DNA from: Squalus acanthias
Taxonomy: Eukaryota
Direction: 5' to 3'
Assembly (NCBI GenBank): GCA_030390025.1
Contig: CM059432.1
Location: forward strand, 140,494,001-140,558,000
DNA: 64,000 nt
Both the position numbers and the translations under genes were made by a program. The notes under the pieces are model-generated. The model was not told where the DNA came from and made no database searches. It was given only the letters and a program-made list of their open reading frames with translations. Each line of letters starts with the position of its first letter. Within the stretch, counting starts at the first letter, position 1. Below are positions 37,444 through 49,676 of the stretch, piece after piece.

Positions 37444-38070
37444 ATGCGTTGCAAAAATCTGACTTCCATCCTGCGGATAGTGGGGACAACCCTATTTGGT
37501 CTTGCTCTTTTGCTGGGAATCGCAGCTGCTTATATCGCAGGCTATCAGTTCATAGCCACGGACAATTACTACTTTTCCTTCGGACTGTACGGTGCCATCT
37601 TAGCCCTGCATCTGCTCATACAGAGCCTCTTCGCCTTCCTGGAGCACCGGAAAATGAAGCGGTCCCTGGAAACCCCCATCAAACTGAACAAATCGGTGGC
37701 TCTGTGCATCGCGGCCTTTCAAGAAGACCCAGACTACCTGAGGAAGTGTCTGCTGTCTGTCAAAAGGCTGACCTACCCGGGCATGAACGTCATCATGGTT
37801 ATAGATGGGAATGGCGAGGATGACCTGTACATGATGGACATATTCGGCGAGGTCATGGGGAGGGACCGATCAGCCAGCTACGTGTGGAAGAGCAACTTCC
37901 ACGAGAAGGGCCCGGGTGAAAGTGACGAGTCACACGGGGAGAGCATGCAATATCTCACCGGGTTGATCCGGTCCAATAAGAGCGTGTGCGTCATGCAGAA
38001 GTGGGGAGGCAAGCGAGAAGTGATGTACACTGCCTTCAAGGCACTGGGGCGCACTGTGGATTACGTGCAA
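37444..38070 (+). CDS. HAS2: Hyaluronan synthase 2, first coding exon (aa 1-209)
   Basis: ttacag|ATG acceptor; CAA|GTAAGG donor; 627 nt; MRCKNL..RIVGTTLFG, QEDPDYLRKCL, MVIDGN, MQKWGGKREVMYTAF. Confidence 0.97.
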
Positions 38071-39112
38071 GTAAGGCTCTTGAACTCTGAAACGGTTCCA
38101 AGTCAAATAGCGAGACCATGGAACAACCCTATACATGATGCGACATATAGGAGTCCTATATATACTTTGTATATTGTTCCAATAAAACTTCTTATGTACT
38201 TTAGGTAAATGTTTGAAGAAAAATTACCCTTGTAATAATTGATTTTCCAATACTGAGCACATTAGTCTGTGCGGTCTAATCCCGTGCAGGAAAGAAGTGA
38301 CAGAACTGGCGGTCTTTTAAATTAGCCTAATCATGTCATCTAAACCCCAGTACGGAAAAGTATTCCACTAGAATTCTATCCCTCTGTCTCAGAAAAACAA
38401 CCTGCCAAATTCCATGCCAAATTTCCGAGGTGTAGACGTTGCCCGCCAGACACAATAGCCATCACTGATTGGAAGAGCATTCCCTCTGCCTTCCTTGAAC
38501 TGAGTTTGAACCTCAGTTCCAGAGAGGATGGATTGTGACACATGCTTTAGCCTGACGTTACACATGCAGTAACAAAGCTCCTCTCCCACATGTGAATTGG
38601 TTCCAGTAGTAACTGGGTTCTTCTGTGTATAGTTTCTAGATTAAAAAAATAAAATTCCCTCTTTAATTTTCTCCCCTTGCGTCCGTCAGTACCTCAACCA
38701 AGTGGTCATTCTTCATGTGCCAGTCCAGACAGTGTATATCAGCAGATTATTCCGTCATATGGAGCATCAGAGCAAAGCCTGGTCATTTCCATAATACTAT
38801 TTTCCAATAGGAGTTTTGGATAGTGATCGGGAGTGAGAACCCTGCTTGTTTTTCACCCACACTAACCCACCGGCCCTTTGTAGATCTTGGGCTGAGCTCA
38901 GATAATTGAGTGTGGATTAGCGATCCATACTGGAATCCTTGGGTTGCTATGGTTCAGTAGGAAGCACAACAGAGCTATCAACATTTGCAAGGTTTTATAC
39001 CTGTGGTTAAAACTAGCTGATGACAATTTCTTTCTTTTTGGATTGTGCCCCTCATTGGAACTTGTAATCAATACCAAAAATGTGATCTAGTTCTCACAAG
39101 TGTGAGCTTTCA

Positions 39113-39585
39113 TATTACATCGATTCTACAGCACAGAAGCAGACTATTCGGCCCAACTGGTCTATGCCGGTGTTTATGCTCCACATGAGCCTCCTCCCAC
39201 CCCTCTTCATCTCACCCCATCACCATAACCTTCTATTCCTTTCCCCCTCATGTGCTTATCTAGCTTCCCCTTAACTGCATCTATACTATTTGCCTCAACT
39301 ACTCCTGGTGGTAGCGAGTTCCACATTCTCACTATTCTCTGGATAAAGAAGATTCTCTTGAATTCCTTATTGGATTTATTCGTGATTATCTTATATGTAT
39401 AGCCCCTAGTTTTGGACTCCCCCCCCCCCCCCCCCCCGCCCACCCCACAAGTGGAAACAGCTCCTCTACCTCTATCCTAACAAACTCTTTTATAATCTTA
39501 AAGACCTCTATCAGGCCATCCCTCAGTCTTCTCTTATCTAGAGTCCCAGCCTGTTCAGTCTTTCCTGATAGGCATAATCTCTCAG
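39113..39585 (-). mobile_element. CR1 LINE 3' end
   Basis: ORF 39207..39443 TRGY...FFIQRIVRMWNSLP. Confidence 0.85.
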
Positions 39586-42329
39586 TCCTTTCACTATATG
39601 ATAATATGGTAGCTTTAGAATTTCCTGAAAAACAACTTATAATTATTTCTTGACAAGGTTCTGGTAACTACATCACAGTTGTTGATCATTCATGTGAGTG
39701 TCATCACCAGTTAGGACTAGTGGTTAAACCTGTGTTGACACAAAATTGGACCTGATACTGAACAAAACTGCCAACATATATCATAACAAATAAAATTCTC
39801 TGGTATGATTTCAAAGTAATAAGCTGATCTTAGGAGCTTGGATGAACATTATAAACCATTCAATCTCCTCTTCCAGGATTTGTGAAAGCCTTCAATTAGA
39901 TAACTGCCTTATAATCACTCCCAAGTGACCATTATCCTCACTGTGATAGCACTAAAAAGTTGTTCCAACGCTATTAGGTCAGCACATACAACACAGCCTT
40001 TCTGTGAAGGTAAAGTGTGCCAGTATCAGGCATTGCCACTATTACAGTGTTATTATAAAAAGTATGAGGGTTACACATTTCTCACGATGTATGGATTTAA
40101 TTGTCTTTGAGACATCTTGATTTATTTCATTGCCCAGAGAACCTCAATTAAGGGTACATTTCCTTTTTAAAATATACAGATCCTCAACCAATGCACATCT
40201 GGGTCTCTGAGGAGCTCCAAAGTGATCTATAAACTTTCCCTTTCAGCCTTGATATATAGGTAGTCAAATGCCCATTTCCTCATCTTAAATAAAAGTTCAG
40301 CTTGTTCCATCATAAATAAAGTAATCTCAGCCTTGCTCATCTACACTGAATCACAATAGAGACATGTGCAGTGGACAAGATGTTTGATGTAGCAACATGA
40401 TTCTTCCTCACCAAGTGTGTTCCAGGTTGACGCTGTCAGAAGCTGATGTAATGCTACATGGGATGGGAATATAATATAATGTATAATTTTAGCATCAACT
40501 GAATTGTAAATGATTTTCAGACTGTAATAAAACCACAGAAGCAATTTCCAGTATCCAATATGAACAAATTGAACCCCAGTTACCTTGCACTGGATTGCTT
40601 CTCCCAGACCATTTCAGTTAAATTTACCCGTAAGCTTCCCGCAATGACTGGAGAGGTGTTTGTCCGATGAGTAGGTAAACCATAGAGACCAGGAAGGGCA
40701 AGGTCCCAGGTTTGATCCCCTGTCTGTGCTGAGTTTGTTGATTTCATCTGGGACGGCAGAAGGGACTAGACAACCGGCCTCAATGACCCTCAGTGATAAG
40801 GAGGCTGAAATTAGCTCGGACTCCCACTACTGACCACCAATAGTGACTCTTGCGGATAGCGGGCATGCATAGGATCAGCGATACCCTCTGGTAGAATAGC
40901 TGCCCAACAGCCATGAATAACAGTCATTACATGAGGTGCTGGATGGTAATTGGAATTTGTAGAACCGTACGACAGCAAGGACTCATTACAGGAGGGAATA
41001 GTAGAACATTTGCGCAGGGACAATTGGCAGAGGAAAATAGCAAATGCATAAACGAACTCCCAGTTGTTGCCACGTAAAATTCTTTTGTGTTAGTCGGGCA
41101 TTCATTCCACTTGCTAAATAAGGCCCAGACCTCCCAAGTAATGAGGAAAGTTTCAGTGTTAACCAGCCCAATGCAAGACCATGCACAGAAAGACTGTTGC
41201 CAAGAATCCCAGCAAAGTTACACTTCCTGCCCTTGTCATAACGAAGGAAAGATGTGGATATTGGGATCTAAAATCAAGGTAGCTCACGAAAACCTTACTT
41301 ATCATGATTACAGGTGAAACAATTCAATTTTCATTAGTTACCCGGTATATTATTAACTTTTTCCAGTGTCCCTTCCTGAAGGGAGTGGTGCCATGGCTAC
41401 TGTGACAGCCCTCACCTAAGTGTCTATTGCTCATGTATAAACCCAGAAATTGACTGTCAGCAGCCTATCCCTGATATTGGATCCAGAAAGAGACGATCCT
41501 GATCTTTCCCTCATCCCAACGTCTGCATGCACTTAACTTTCCAGCAGGAATCAGGAGCAAGAACCTCGGCTGATATTTCCTCTCCTGAGACCAGTGAGAC
41601 TCGGAGTGGGCTATATTGAAAAGTCGCACTGCATTGTGGCCCTGACTTAAGATATTTCATTCAGCCTTTTCTTGAACAATATACCGTAAACTACATAAGG
41701 CACTGATCCATAAGGGCCACTCATCAAATTCATAGCAATAGATTGTGACATCTTCACTGCGCTTGAACGAAGGGACATAGTATTGTTTGACAATGGAGAA
41801 ATCTTATCAAAGGTCATCAAAGTAATTTTGAGAAATTAACAGAGCAAGCCAATATAAATCGAAGTAGTAGGAAAATTTTTAAAACCAACATTTGTGGCAG
41901 AACATTACTGATGTTGTGATTTCTATTTTTTCTTTTTAGTTAAAACTGTTGTTGCACACAAAAAGGGGTGGAGGAGGAAACCCAACACTGGACTTGTACT
42001 GGGAGCATTGGAAAAAGTATCTCATTTTAGTTACCAGTGGATCCATCTATATGGACAACCTCACCACCACCACCCCCCCCCCCCCAACCCCTGCTTGCAA
42101 ACCACACTAACTAGAATATGTAATTATAATCAAGTCATTTCAGATATTTCTCGAATCACTGAAGAAGAGGGCTGGGAGGAGGCTCGTGTGGAGCATAAAC
42201 GCCAACATAGACCAGTTGGGCCGAATGGCCTGTTTCTGAGCTATAAACTGACTCTATATCCGAGTAAAAAGGTGTGTTGATGTGATATGTGCGCTGAACT
42301 GGTTAACACACCTGCCCTTCTTTCTACAG

Positions 42330-42431
42330 GTGTGCGATTCGGATACAATGCTGGATCCCGCTGCAACAGTGGAGATGGTTAAAATTCTGGAGGAGGATCC
42401 AATGGTTGGAGGGGTTGGTGGCGATGTCCAG
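42330..42431 (+). CDS. HAS2: Hyaluronan synthase 2, second coding exon (aa 210-243)
   Basis: ttctacag|GTG acceptor; CAG|GTAC donor; 102 nt; VCDSDTMLDP (DxD motif)...GGVGGDVQ. Confidence 0.97.
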
Positions 42432-43245
42432 GTACAGTGCAGTGTCCTCGGCTATTTCCTGAAACTGGCCTATATCCATTGAGAAATCTTCTGTTGGCGG
42501 TTGAAGAGAATGGGTGAATTCTAGTGGTCATTAAGAGGAAGGATATAAGTATTGGGGAAATGGAGCCCTTTTACTGAACGTTGGGTACCCAGGGGATTTT
42601 GATTCTCCAACATGGCTGCAGTTTACATCCAAATAGTTTGAAGTGGGTTCAACACTGACCCCAGTGAAAGTGCGCTGTTGGACCCAACTTCTTGCGGTTA
42701 GCTCATTGCCATAACTATGCATCGCTCCAGGTGCTGATTTGGATGTGTCGAGCCACAATAATTGGTGGAAGCAGAAAACTGGAAGTTTAAGGGATTCAGA
42801 TGATTAAAAAGGGAAGTGTCGGAATGGGATTGGGGAGGGGAAACATCCGTACAGCTTCAGAAAAGGCTCACTGAGGTATTTCAACCCATGGGCAGCCTTC
42901 GCCAAGGATGATGGGGAAAGGAGGTACAAGGCACAAGTGTGTGGGCGATTGGCTGAGCAGCTGAGCACCCATCATCCCCCCCCCCCCGCCAACCACCCCT
43001 GTATTATGGCTCCTGAAGTGGAGGTGCTCCTGTGTCAGGTAGTTGTGGAGTGGGTTGCCCACCGTACCACTTTGTGAGGCCATTTCCGTAGGTCAGCGTC
43101 AGAGCGTGCCTGCAAGGAGGTGAAGTCAAGTTTCAGGCCACAACTGATCGCTCCTGTCACCACGTGACTCAGTTCTGTACCTGCAGGTGTGTCCTTTGCA
43201 GCAGATGACACAGCTCTTTATAAACTTGCCAAACCTTTTGCCAAT

Positions 43246-43955
43246 CACTGGTTAGGCCTCACCTAGAGGATTGCGTCCAATTCTTGGCCACCACACGTTA
43301 GGAAGGATGTCAGGGCTTTGGAGAGGGTGCAGAGGAGATTGACTAGAATGATACCAGGGATGAGGGACTTCAATTATGTGGAGAGACTGGAGAAGCTGTT
43401 CTGCTTAGTGCAGAGAAGGTTAAGGGGAGATTTAATAGAGGCATTCAAAATAATAAAGGGTTTTGATAGAGTAAATAGGGAGAAACTGTTTCCATTGGCA
43501 GGAGGGTCGGTAACCAGAGGTCACAGATTTAAGAAAATTGGCAAAAGAACCAGAAGGAAGATAAGGAGAATTTTTTTTACGCAGCGAGTTGTTGTGATCT
43601 GGAATGCGCTGCCTGAAAGGGTGGACAAAAATGAGAAGTCGCACAACACCAGGTTATAGTCCAACAGATTTATTTAAAATTACAAGCTTGTAATTTTAAA
43701 TAAATCTGTTGGACTATAACCTGGTGTTGTGCGACTTCTCATTTTTGTCCACCCCAGTCCAACGCCGGCATCTCCACATCATGAAAGGGTGGAGGAAGCT
43801 GATTCAATTGTAACTTTCAAAAGGGAATTGGATAAATACTTGAAAAGGAAATATTTGCAGGGCTATGGGGAAGAGCAGGGGGAAGTAGGACTAATTGGAC
43901 AGCTCTTTCAAAAAGCTGGCACAGGCACGATGGGCCGAATGGCCTCCTTCTGTGC
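43246..43955 (+). mobile_element. CR1 LINE 3' end hosting a palindromic insertion
   Basis: ERVQRRLTRMIPG...TRGH...FFTQRVV.IWNALPERV|EEADS. Confidence 0.85.
43626..43781. mobile_element. Penelope family-2 inverted mini-insertion forming a perfect 136-bp palindrome (43619-43754)
   Basis: 12-bp TSD TGAAAGGGTGGA at 43614-43625 and 43782-43793; arm matches 61596-61656. Confidence 0.9.
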
Positions 43956-44239
43956 ATCTGGCTCTCTGTGACCTGCACACACTGTGAAGACACATTTCCT
44001 ACAGATGTTGCCAACCAGGTGTGCCAGGGCCTGCAGATATGGATGGTGCCATCCTTGTGGGTGCAGCCAATCAGGGTATGCTGGTTGTTGATCACCTCAC
44101 CATGCCGTCTTTCATAACAGTGCCACTGAAAACATGCCGTATTGTGATTGGGGGAAGCATCCAATAATATGGTTAGTCCGACATTCACATATGTTAGTGG
44201 TGCCATTGAATCTGTGGTCCCAACAAACAAATGGACAAA

Positions 44240-44628
44240 TCACACAGAATGTATGGCACAGAAACAGGCCATTCGGCCCAACCAGTCCATGCCGGTGCTT
44301 ATACTCCACTCGAGCCTCCTCCCGTCTTTCCTCATCTAACTCCATCAACATAACCCTCTATTCCCTTCTCCCTCGTATGCTTATCTAGCCTCCCCTTAAA
44401 TGCATCTGTGCTATTCGCCTCAACCACTCCCTGTGGTAGCGAGTTCCACATTCTCATCACTCAGAAGTTTCTTCTGAATTCCCTATTTGATTTCTTGGTG
44501 ACTATCTTATATTGGTGGCCTCTAGTTTTGCTCTTCCCCACAAGTGAAAACATTCTCTCTGTGTCTACTCTATCAAAACCTTTCATAATTTTAAAGACCT
44601 CTATTAAGTCACCCGCCAGCCTTCTCCT
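44240..44628 (-). mobile_element. CR1 LINE 3' end
   Basis: Reverse complement of the 2760-3135 family. Confidence 0.85.
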
Positions 44629-44691
44629 TTAATTGTATTCATTGGAATATTTTATACTTCATAATTTTTGTTTTTCTTCACCAATCGACAG

Positions 44692-45621
44692 ATTCTCAAC
44701 AAATATGACTCCTGGATTTCATTCCTGAGTAGCGTCCGGTATTGGATGGCCTTCAACATCGAAAGAGCCTGCCAGTCCTACTTTGGCTGCGTGCAATGCA
44801 TTAGTGGACCTTTAGGGATGTACAGGAATGACTTACTCCACGAGTTCATGGAGGACTGGTACAACCAGGAATTCCTGGGCTCGCAGTGCAGCTTTGGGGA
44901 CGACAGGCACTTGACGAACCGTGTCCTGAGTCTAGGATATGCCACAAAATACACCGCGAGATCGAAATGCCTCACTGAAACCCCAACACAATACCTGAGG
45001 TGGTTAAACCAGCAGACTCGCTGGAGCAAATCCTACTTCAGAGAGTGGCTGTACAATGCCCTGTGGTTCCACAAACATCACCTGTGGATGACGTACGAAG
45101 CGGTGATCACTGGATTCTTCCCTTTCTTCCTCATAGCCACCGTCATCCAACTTTTTTATCGAGGAAGGATTTGGAACATCCTTCTGTTTCTCCTCACCGT
45201 CCAGCTCGTGGGCCTCATCAAGTCTTCCTTTGCGAGTTGTCTGAGGGGTAACATTGTGATGATCTTCATGTCGCTTTACTCCGTGCTCTACATGTCAAGT
45301 TTACTTCCGGCGAAGATGTTTGCGATCGCTACCATAAACAAAGCAGGCTGGGGGACGTCGGGAAGAAAAACCATCGTGGTGAACTTCATTGGGCTGATCC
45401 CGGTCTCGGTGTGGTTCAGTATACTTCTGGGAGGGGTCATGTACACGATATACAACGAAACCCGGGATCCCTTTTCCGATTCTGAGCAGACAGTTCTCAT
45501 TATTGGGGCAATACTCTATGCCTGCTACTGGGTCTTGCTGTTAACTCTGTACATTGTCCTCATCACCAAATGCTGTAGGCGGAGAAAAGAACAGCAGTAT
45601 GACATGGTACTTGATGTATGA
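44692..45621 (+). CDS. HAS2: Hyaluronan synthase 2, last coding exon (aa 244-552, stop)
   Basis: cgacag|ATT acceptor; 930 nt; [38 protein letters not shown] (QxxRW); HAS2-type C-terminus QQYDMVLDV*. Confidence 0.98.
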   Translation: MLNKYDSWISFLSSVRYWMAFNIERACQSYFGCVQCISGPLGMYRNDLLHEFMEDWYNQEFLGSQCSFGDDRHLTNRVLSLGYATKYTARSKCLTETPTQYLRWLNQQTRWSKSYFREWLYNALWFHKHHLWMTYEAVITGFFPFFLIATVIQLFYRGRIWNILLFLLTVQLVGLIKSSFASCLRGNIVMIFMSLYSVLYMSSLLPAKMFAIATINKAGWGTSGRKTIVVNFIGLIPVSVWFSILLGGVMYTIYNETRDPFSDSEQTVLIIGAILYACYWVLLLTLYIVLITKCCRRRKEQQYDMVLDV

Positions 45622-47742
45622 TGTTTACATGTGCACCTATCATTATTATTGACAAGTTACAAAAAACAAGTGAAAATCTCTAGCATCTGGTGGCATCATC
45701 AGGTGATGCCGCCAAAGGATATGAATCATTGCTGCTGTTACTTCAAGAAATGCAATAGAGTTCATATGGTTGTGCCAAAGAAACTAAACTGCGTTAGATC
45801 TACCATGCAATTCATGCTGAAGGAACCAATCTGTGTGGAACAATTATGACCGTTTTGATGTCTCTGCACTTTTTTTCTCATTGGGCAAAATGCTTGATGG
45901 TGTTTCAGAATACCTCACCGGCAGTGCTTGTGGATAGCGGGGTGGATCTTAAACATTAGAACTCTTGAAACGATTCTATCGCCCACTCCTTCACGCAACC
46001 TCAGCGGATGTCAAACCAAGCCATATTGACTGAGTGAAAGAAAATGGGTCCTGACTGTACTTCCTTCACAACTATTGGCTTTCGGGCCCGGAAGTCGACA
46101 TTTTTAAAATTTTCAGAACATAGGCTGATGCTGTAGTTTTTTTTTTGTGTTAAGTTTACTTATATTTGCATTTTCACAAAAGCAGCAGACTGGAGTGATC
46201 CAAATTCTGCCTATCTTATGATTGTTCATTTAAAAAACAAAAATAATGAAACCAAAGTTTTATCGCCATTATTAAACTTTTTCTTGAATGACTTATGTGA
46301 ATACGTGAATGAAAATGTGAAATGTTACAACAACTGATTTTATACCGATGACAGTTTTAATGTGCAGCAATAAGAAATGTCCAGTGCCAATCAAATCGGC
46401 GTCGGGTCAAGCACTAAAGTGGAACTGGCAAACACATTTGTGCCTCAGTATGTTTTAGAATTTTTTTTTTGTTCATACAGGAGTTATATATAGGCAGGTC
46501 AGTGCCAGGTTCAATGATGGCTTTCAAGCCAGTTTGACAAGTAGACCACGTTACCCGCCACTTGACATTGGCCGCTACTAGTGCGATGGATAAGAGTTTT
46601 CATTGGATCTCGGGTAGGCTGAGGAGTGCTTTATGGGAGCCTAGCACTCCACCTTGTCAAGGGGTGGGCTGAGGAGAGGGAAATACCAAACGTCTTCTCC
46701 TTCGCACTGCTGTGAGTGTGAGCCTACTGCGGGAGTGTTGCTGGAAAAGTCCGTGGTCTGTTTGAACCCAACCTGCCTGCTAAAGTTAAGTGAAGATGCA
46801 AAAAAAAAAAATCCTGTGGGCCAACTAATCTCACTTTTGTTTTTTGACACAATTAAGGTTCACCTTTTCCAAAGTCTTGGAATTATGAATGAAAGTGTAA
46901 GGATTATTGAGGAATAATTGCATACCACTATTAGAAAAAAAGCACCAGATTAAAAAAATGATAAGTGATATATGACAGGACAAGACAGTTAACCGACGTA
47001 CTGCAATCAGTCGGTTATTGAACAACACACCTTTACTGGGTGGATCAGAGGCTAGTACTTGACACCGAGAGGAGGTTTTCTGGCTTTCACCTCCCTCCGC
47101 CCCCCCCACCTCCTACTTCTGTGTGACAACTTGACATTTCTACAGTGCATTTATGGGCTTAACACACACGTAATAACTGAAAATATCGAATGCTGATAAT
47201 AACACTTGCGAACGACTGTTTGTAAAAAAAAAGAGATGCGATTCTCATATGCCCGACTTCGAAAGAAAATACATTTTGTGAGGGTTTTTTTTTTATACGT
47301 TGTGAACAAATTGTCGTAAGTGAGCAAGACATTCTAGTGAGAGGTGGAATCCATAGGTTTTTATCTGGGATTATGAGTAACTATATTGCGTCTGTTAGAC
47401 GTTGATTTTTGTTTACATTTCCTGGTTAAAATTGACTTCATTTTCTGAAGTAAATAAAATAAATGGTAATTCTCTTGATGTACTCAGCAGTATTACATTT
47501 TTTTTAAAAGGTAATTCTTGACATGTTATTGCAAATAATAACCAAAAATGTACATGCAAATCATTAAATCTCATAAATTTGCAAACATCTGAAAGTCTTA
47601 TGTAGCCTATATCATTCCCTGTAGAATGTTAACATAGCTGCCTATATTTATTTAAGCAATGTTGCAACATATTCCAAATTACAGATTGTATTAGATAAAG
47701 TTATGAATCCTACATGAATAAATATTTTTGATAACACAGCAC
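45622..47742 (+). other. HAS2: HAS2 3' UTR (end approximate)
   Basis: AT-rich, no copies of the common repeat families; ATTTATTTA 47646-47654; ends near AATAAA 47717-47722 with a downstream GT/T-rich tract. Confidence 0.65.
47453..47722 (+). terminator. HAS2: Candidate polyadenylation signals
   Basis: AATAAA at 47453-47458, 47458-47463 and 47717-47722 (the last followed by GTTGTTTATTCCTTT). Confidence 0.6.
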
Positions 47743-47860
47743 AGTTGTTTATTCCTTTCCGTTAAGAATAAAAGAGGTAAGTGATCCCCCAGTGGTTCCG
47801 TGCTCTGTGCAGTGTTGGAGCCGTGCAGCTGAAGAAAGCCCCAGGTTGAACCGGTTTAGT

Positions 47861-48326
47861 AAAGAAAGATTTGCATTTCCAGCGCTCTTTTCGTGTCCTC
47901 AGGACGTCCCAAAAGTGCTTTACCGCCAATGAAGTACCTTTTTTTTTGAAGCGTAGTCACTGTTGCAATGTACAAAACACAGCAGCCAATTTGCGCACAG
48001 CAAGCTCCCACAAAAAAAGCAATGTGATAATGACCAGACAATGTTTTTTTTTTAGTGATGAATATTGGCCAGGACACCGGGGATAACTCCCCTGCTCTTC
48101 TTCGAAATAGTTCCATGGGATCTTTTACACACACCCGAGAGAGCAGACTTGACCTCAATTTAACGTCTCATCTGAAGACGGCACCTCCGACAGTGCGGCA
48201 CTCCCTCAGTACTGCACTGGGAGTGTCAGCCTGGATTTTTGTGCTCCAAGTCTCTGGAGTGGGACTTTGAACCCATGACCTTCTGACTCCAAGGCAAGGG
48301 TGCTACCCACTGAGCCACGGGTGACA
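47861..48326 (-). mobile_element. DeuSINE, full length
   Basis: Family consensus. Confidence 0.88.
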
Positions 48327-48374
48327 TTAAGAACTGCGTGTGTGGCAGCAGGGAAACTACAACTGTCCTGCACA

Positions 48375-48690
48375 TAGAAATACAAAATGCTGGAAACACT
48401 CAGCAGCTCAGGCAGCATCTGTGGAGAGAGAAACAAGAGTTAACGTTTCAGGTCGATGACTCTTCGTCAGAACTGGGAGAAGTTTTAACAGTTTTTAAAC
48501 AAAGTACAGAGTCAGGGAGGGGAGGGAAAGAACAAAAGGGAAGGTCTGTGATGGGGTGGAGAGCAGGAGAGATTAAATGACAAAAGGGATGTTAGTGCCA
48601 GGCAAAAGAGGGCTGGTAATGGGACAAGTAATGAGACAAAAGATGGGTCCAGAGGAGGTGTAAATGGTTACAACAGAATAGCGGAGGGGG
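48375..48690 (-). mobile_element. Penelope family-1 3' UTR fragment with hammerhead (48438-48474)
   Basis: Homologous to ~7450-7690; minus strand AGTT CTGACGA A GAGTC ATC GACCT GAAA CGTT AACT. Confidence 0.8.
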
Positions 48691-49676
48691 AGGGAAAATC
48701 TGGCAAAGAGTAGAAGGCTCCCGTGGCCCGGGAATGTGGCGTAGAAAGATGGGTAGACCCCAGGGGTGCATTGGCCGTGTGTCGATAGGAGTTCCCCACC
48801 CCAAGCACCAGCCCACACCTCCTACTCCCAGTGGCTCTGGTGCAGCCATCTTCCATTGAGAATGGTCTCAAGTCTCCTTCGCTTAGGGAGGAGGAAAGTC
48901 ACCCAGATTCTTCACTCCTGGTCACTATCCAGTGAGTGCTGGAAAGTGCCTGTGTGTGTGTGTGTGTGGATGTTGGGTGAGGGGATGATCAATGTTCTCC
49001 TTGAGTGAGCGATCTGTGGTCATCTATAGGCTCACACATGAAGAATGGCCACTTGGGTGTTGCCTGCACCCATGGAACCACAGTGAGTCAATGCCTTTTG
49101 AAGTTGGGAGCAGGGGCTAGGGAGAGGAAATTGGGCGAAAAAGAAATCCAGCTTAAATTAAAACAATAAATGTTGAACTCTCTGCCACCATTATAACCTC
49201 CATCTACTGGTAGCTCCACTTTTGTCTACGAATCAAGTTCAATGTCCCCAGAAAAGGAACCCAGCATTTTACAACAAGACTATGGAGCGGACTTTATTTA
49301 AAATGTTAGTGAGAGGTATGCGCTCATCCAAATGTAATTATGGATTCTATAAAGTCCTCAACAGACAACCAGCCCCCTCCACTCCACCCTGTTTTTGGCG
49401 AGATACTGCACCTCTGCTCAGATAACATCAAGTTGTAGCAAGCCCTTCTCTACCAAACTTTGCCAGCTCTGTTCCTCACCATTCATGCTTGTTTTTGTTA
49501 TTCAGCTACCATTTCAGTTGACGCAGTAGCCTGTAGCATCATCAAGGAACTCTATGATAAAAGGACGGTGTGTTAAAATAGAAGACAGAGCAAAAAAGGA
49601 TTCAGAATAAAGACCGATGTGCACCAGGGATGCGTTCTTGTTACCCCTGTTACTTAGACTATTAGTAGACTCTGCG

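Noticed and set aside
37432..38208. 258-aa ORF as a single-exon product; likewise the 5' extension of ORF 44668..45621
   Set aside because: The extensions run into introns; canonical splice sites give a 552-aa HAS2
37444..45621. HAS1 or HAS3 identity; naked-mole-rat-type Asn>Ser substitutions
   Set aside because: Length, N-terminus and YDMVLDV C-terminus fit HAS2; N178 and N301 are both Asn
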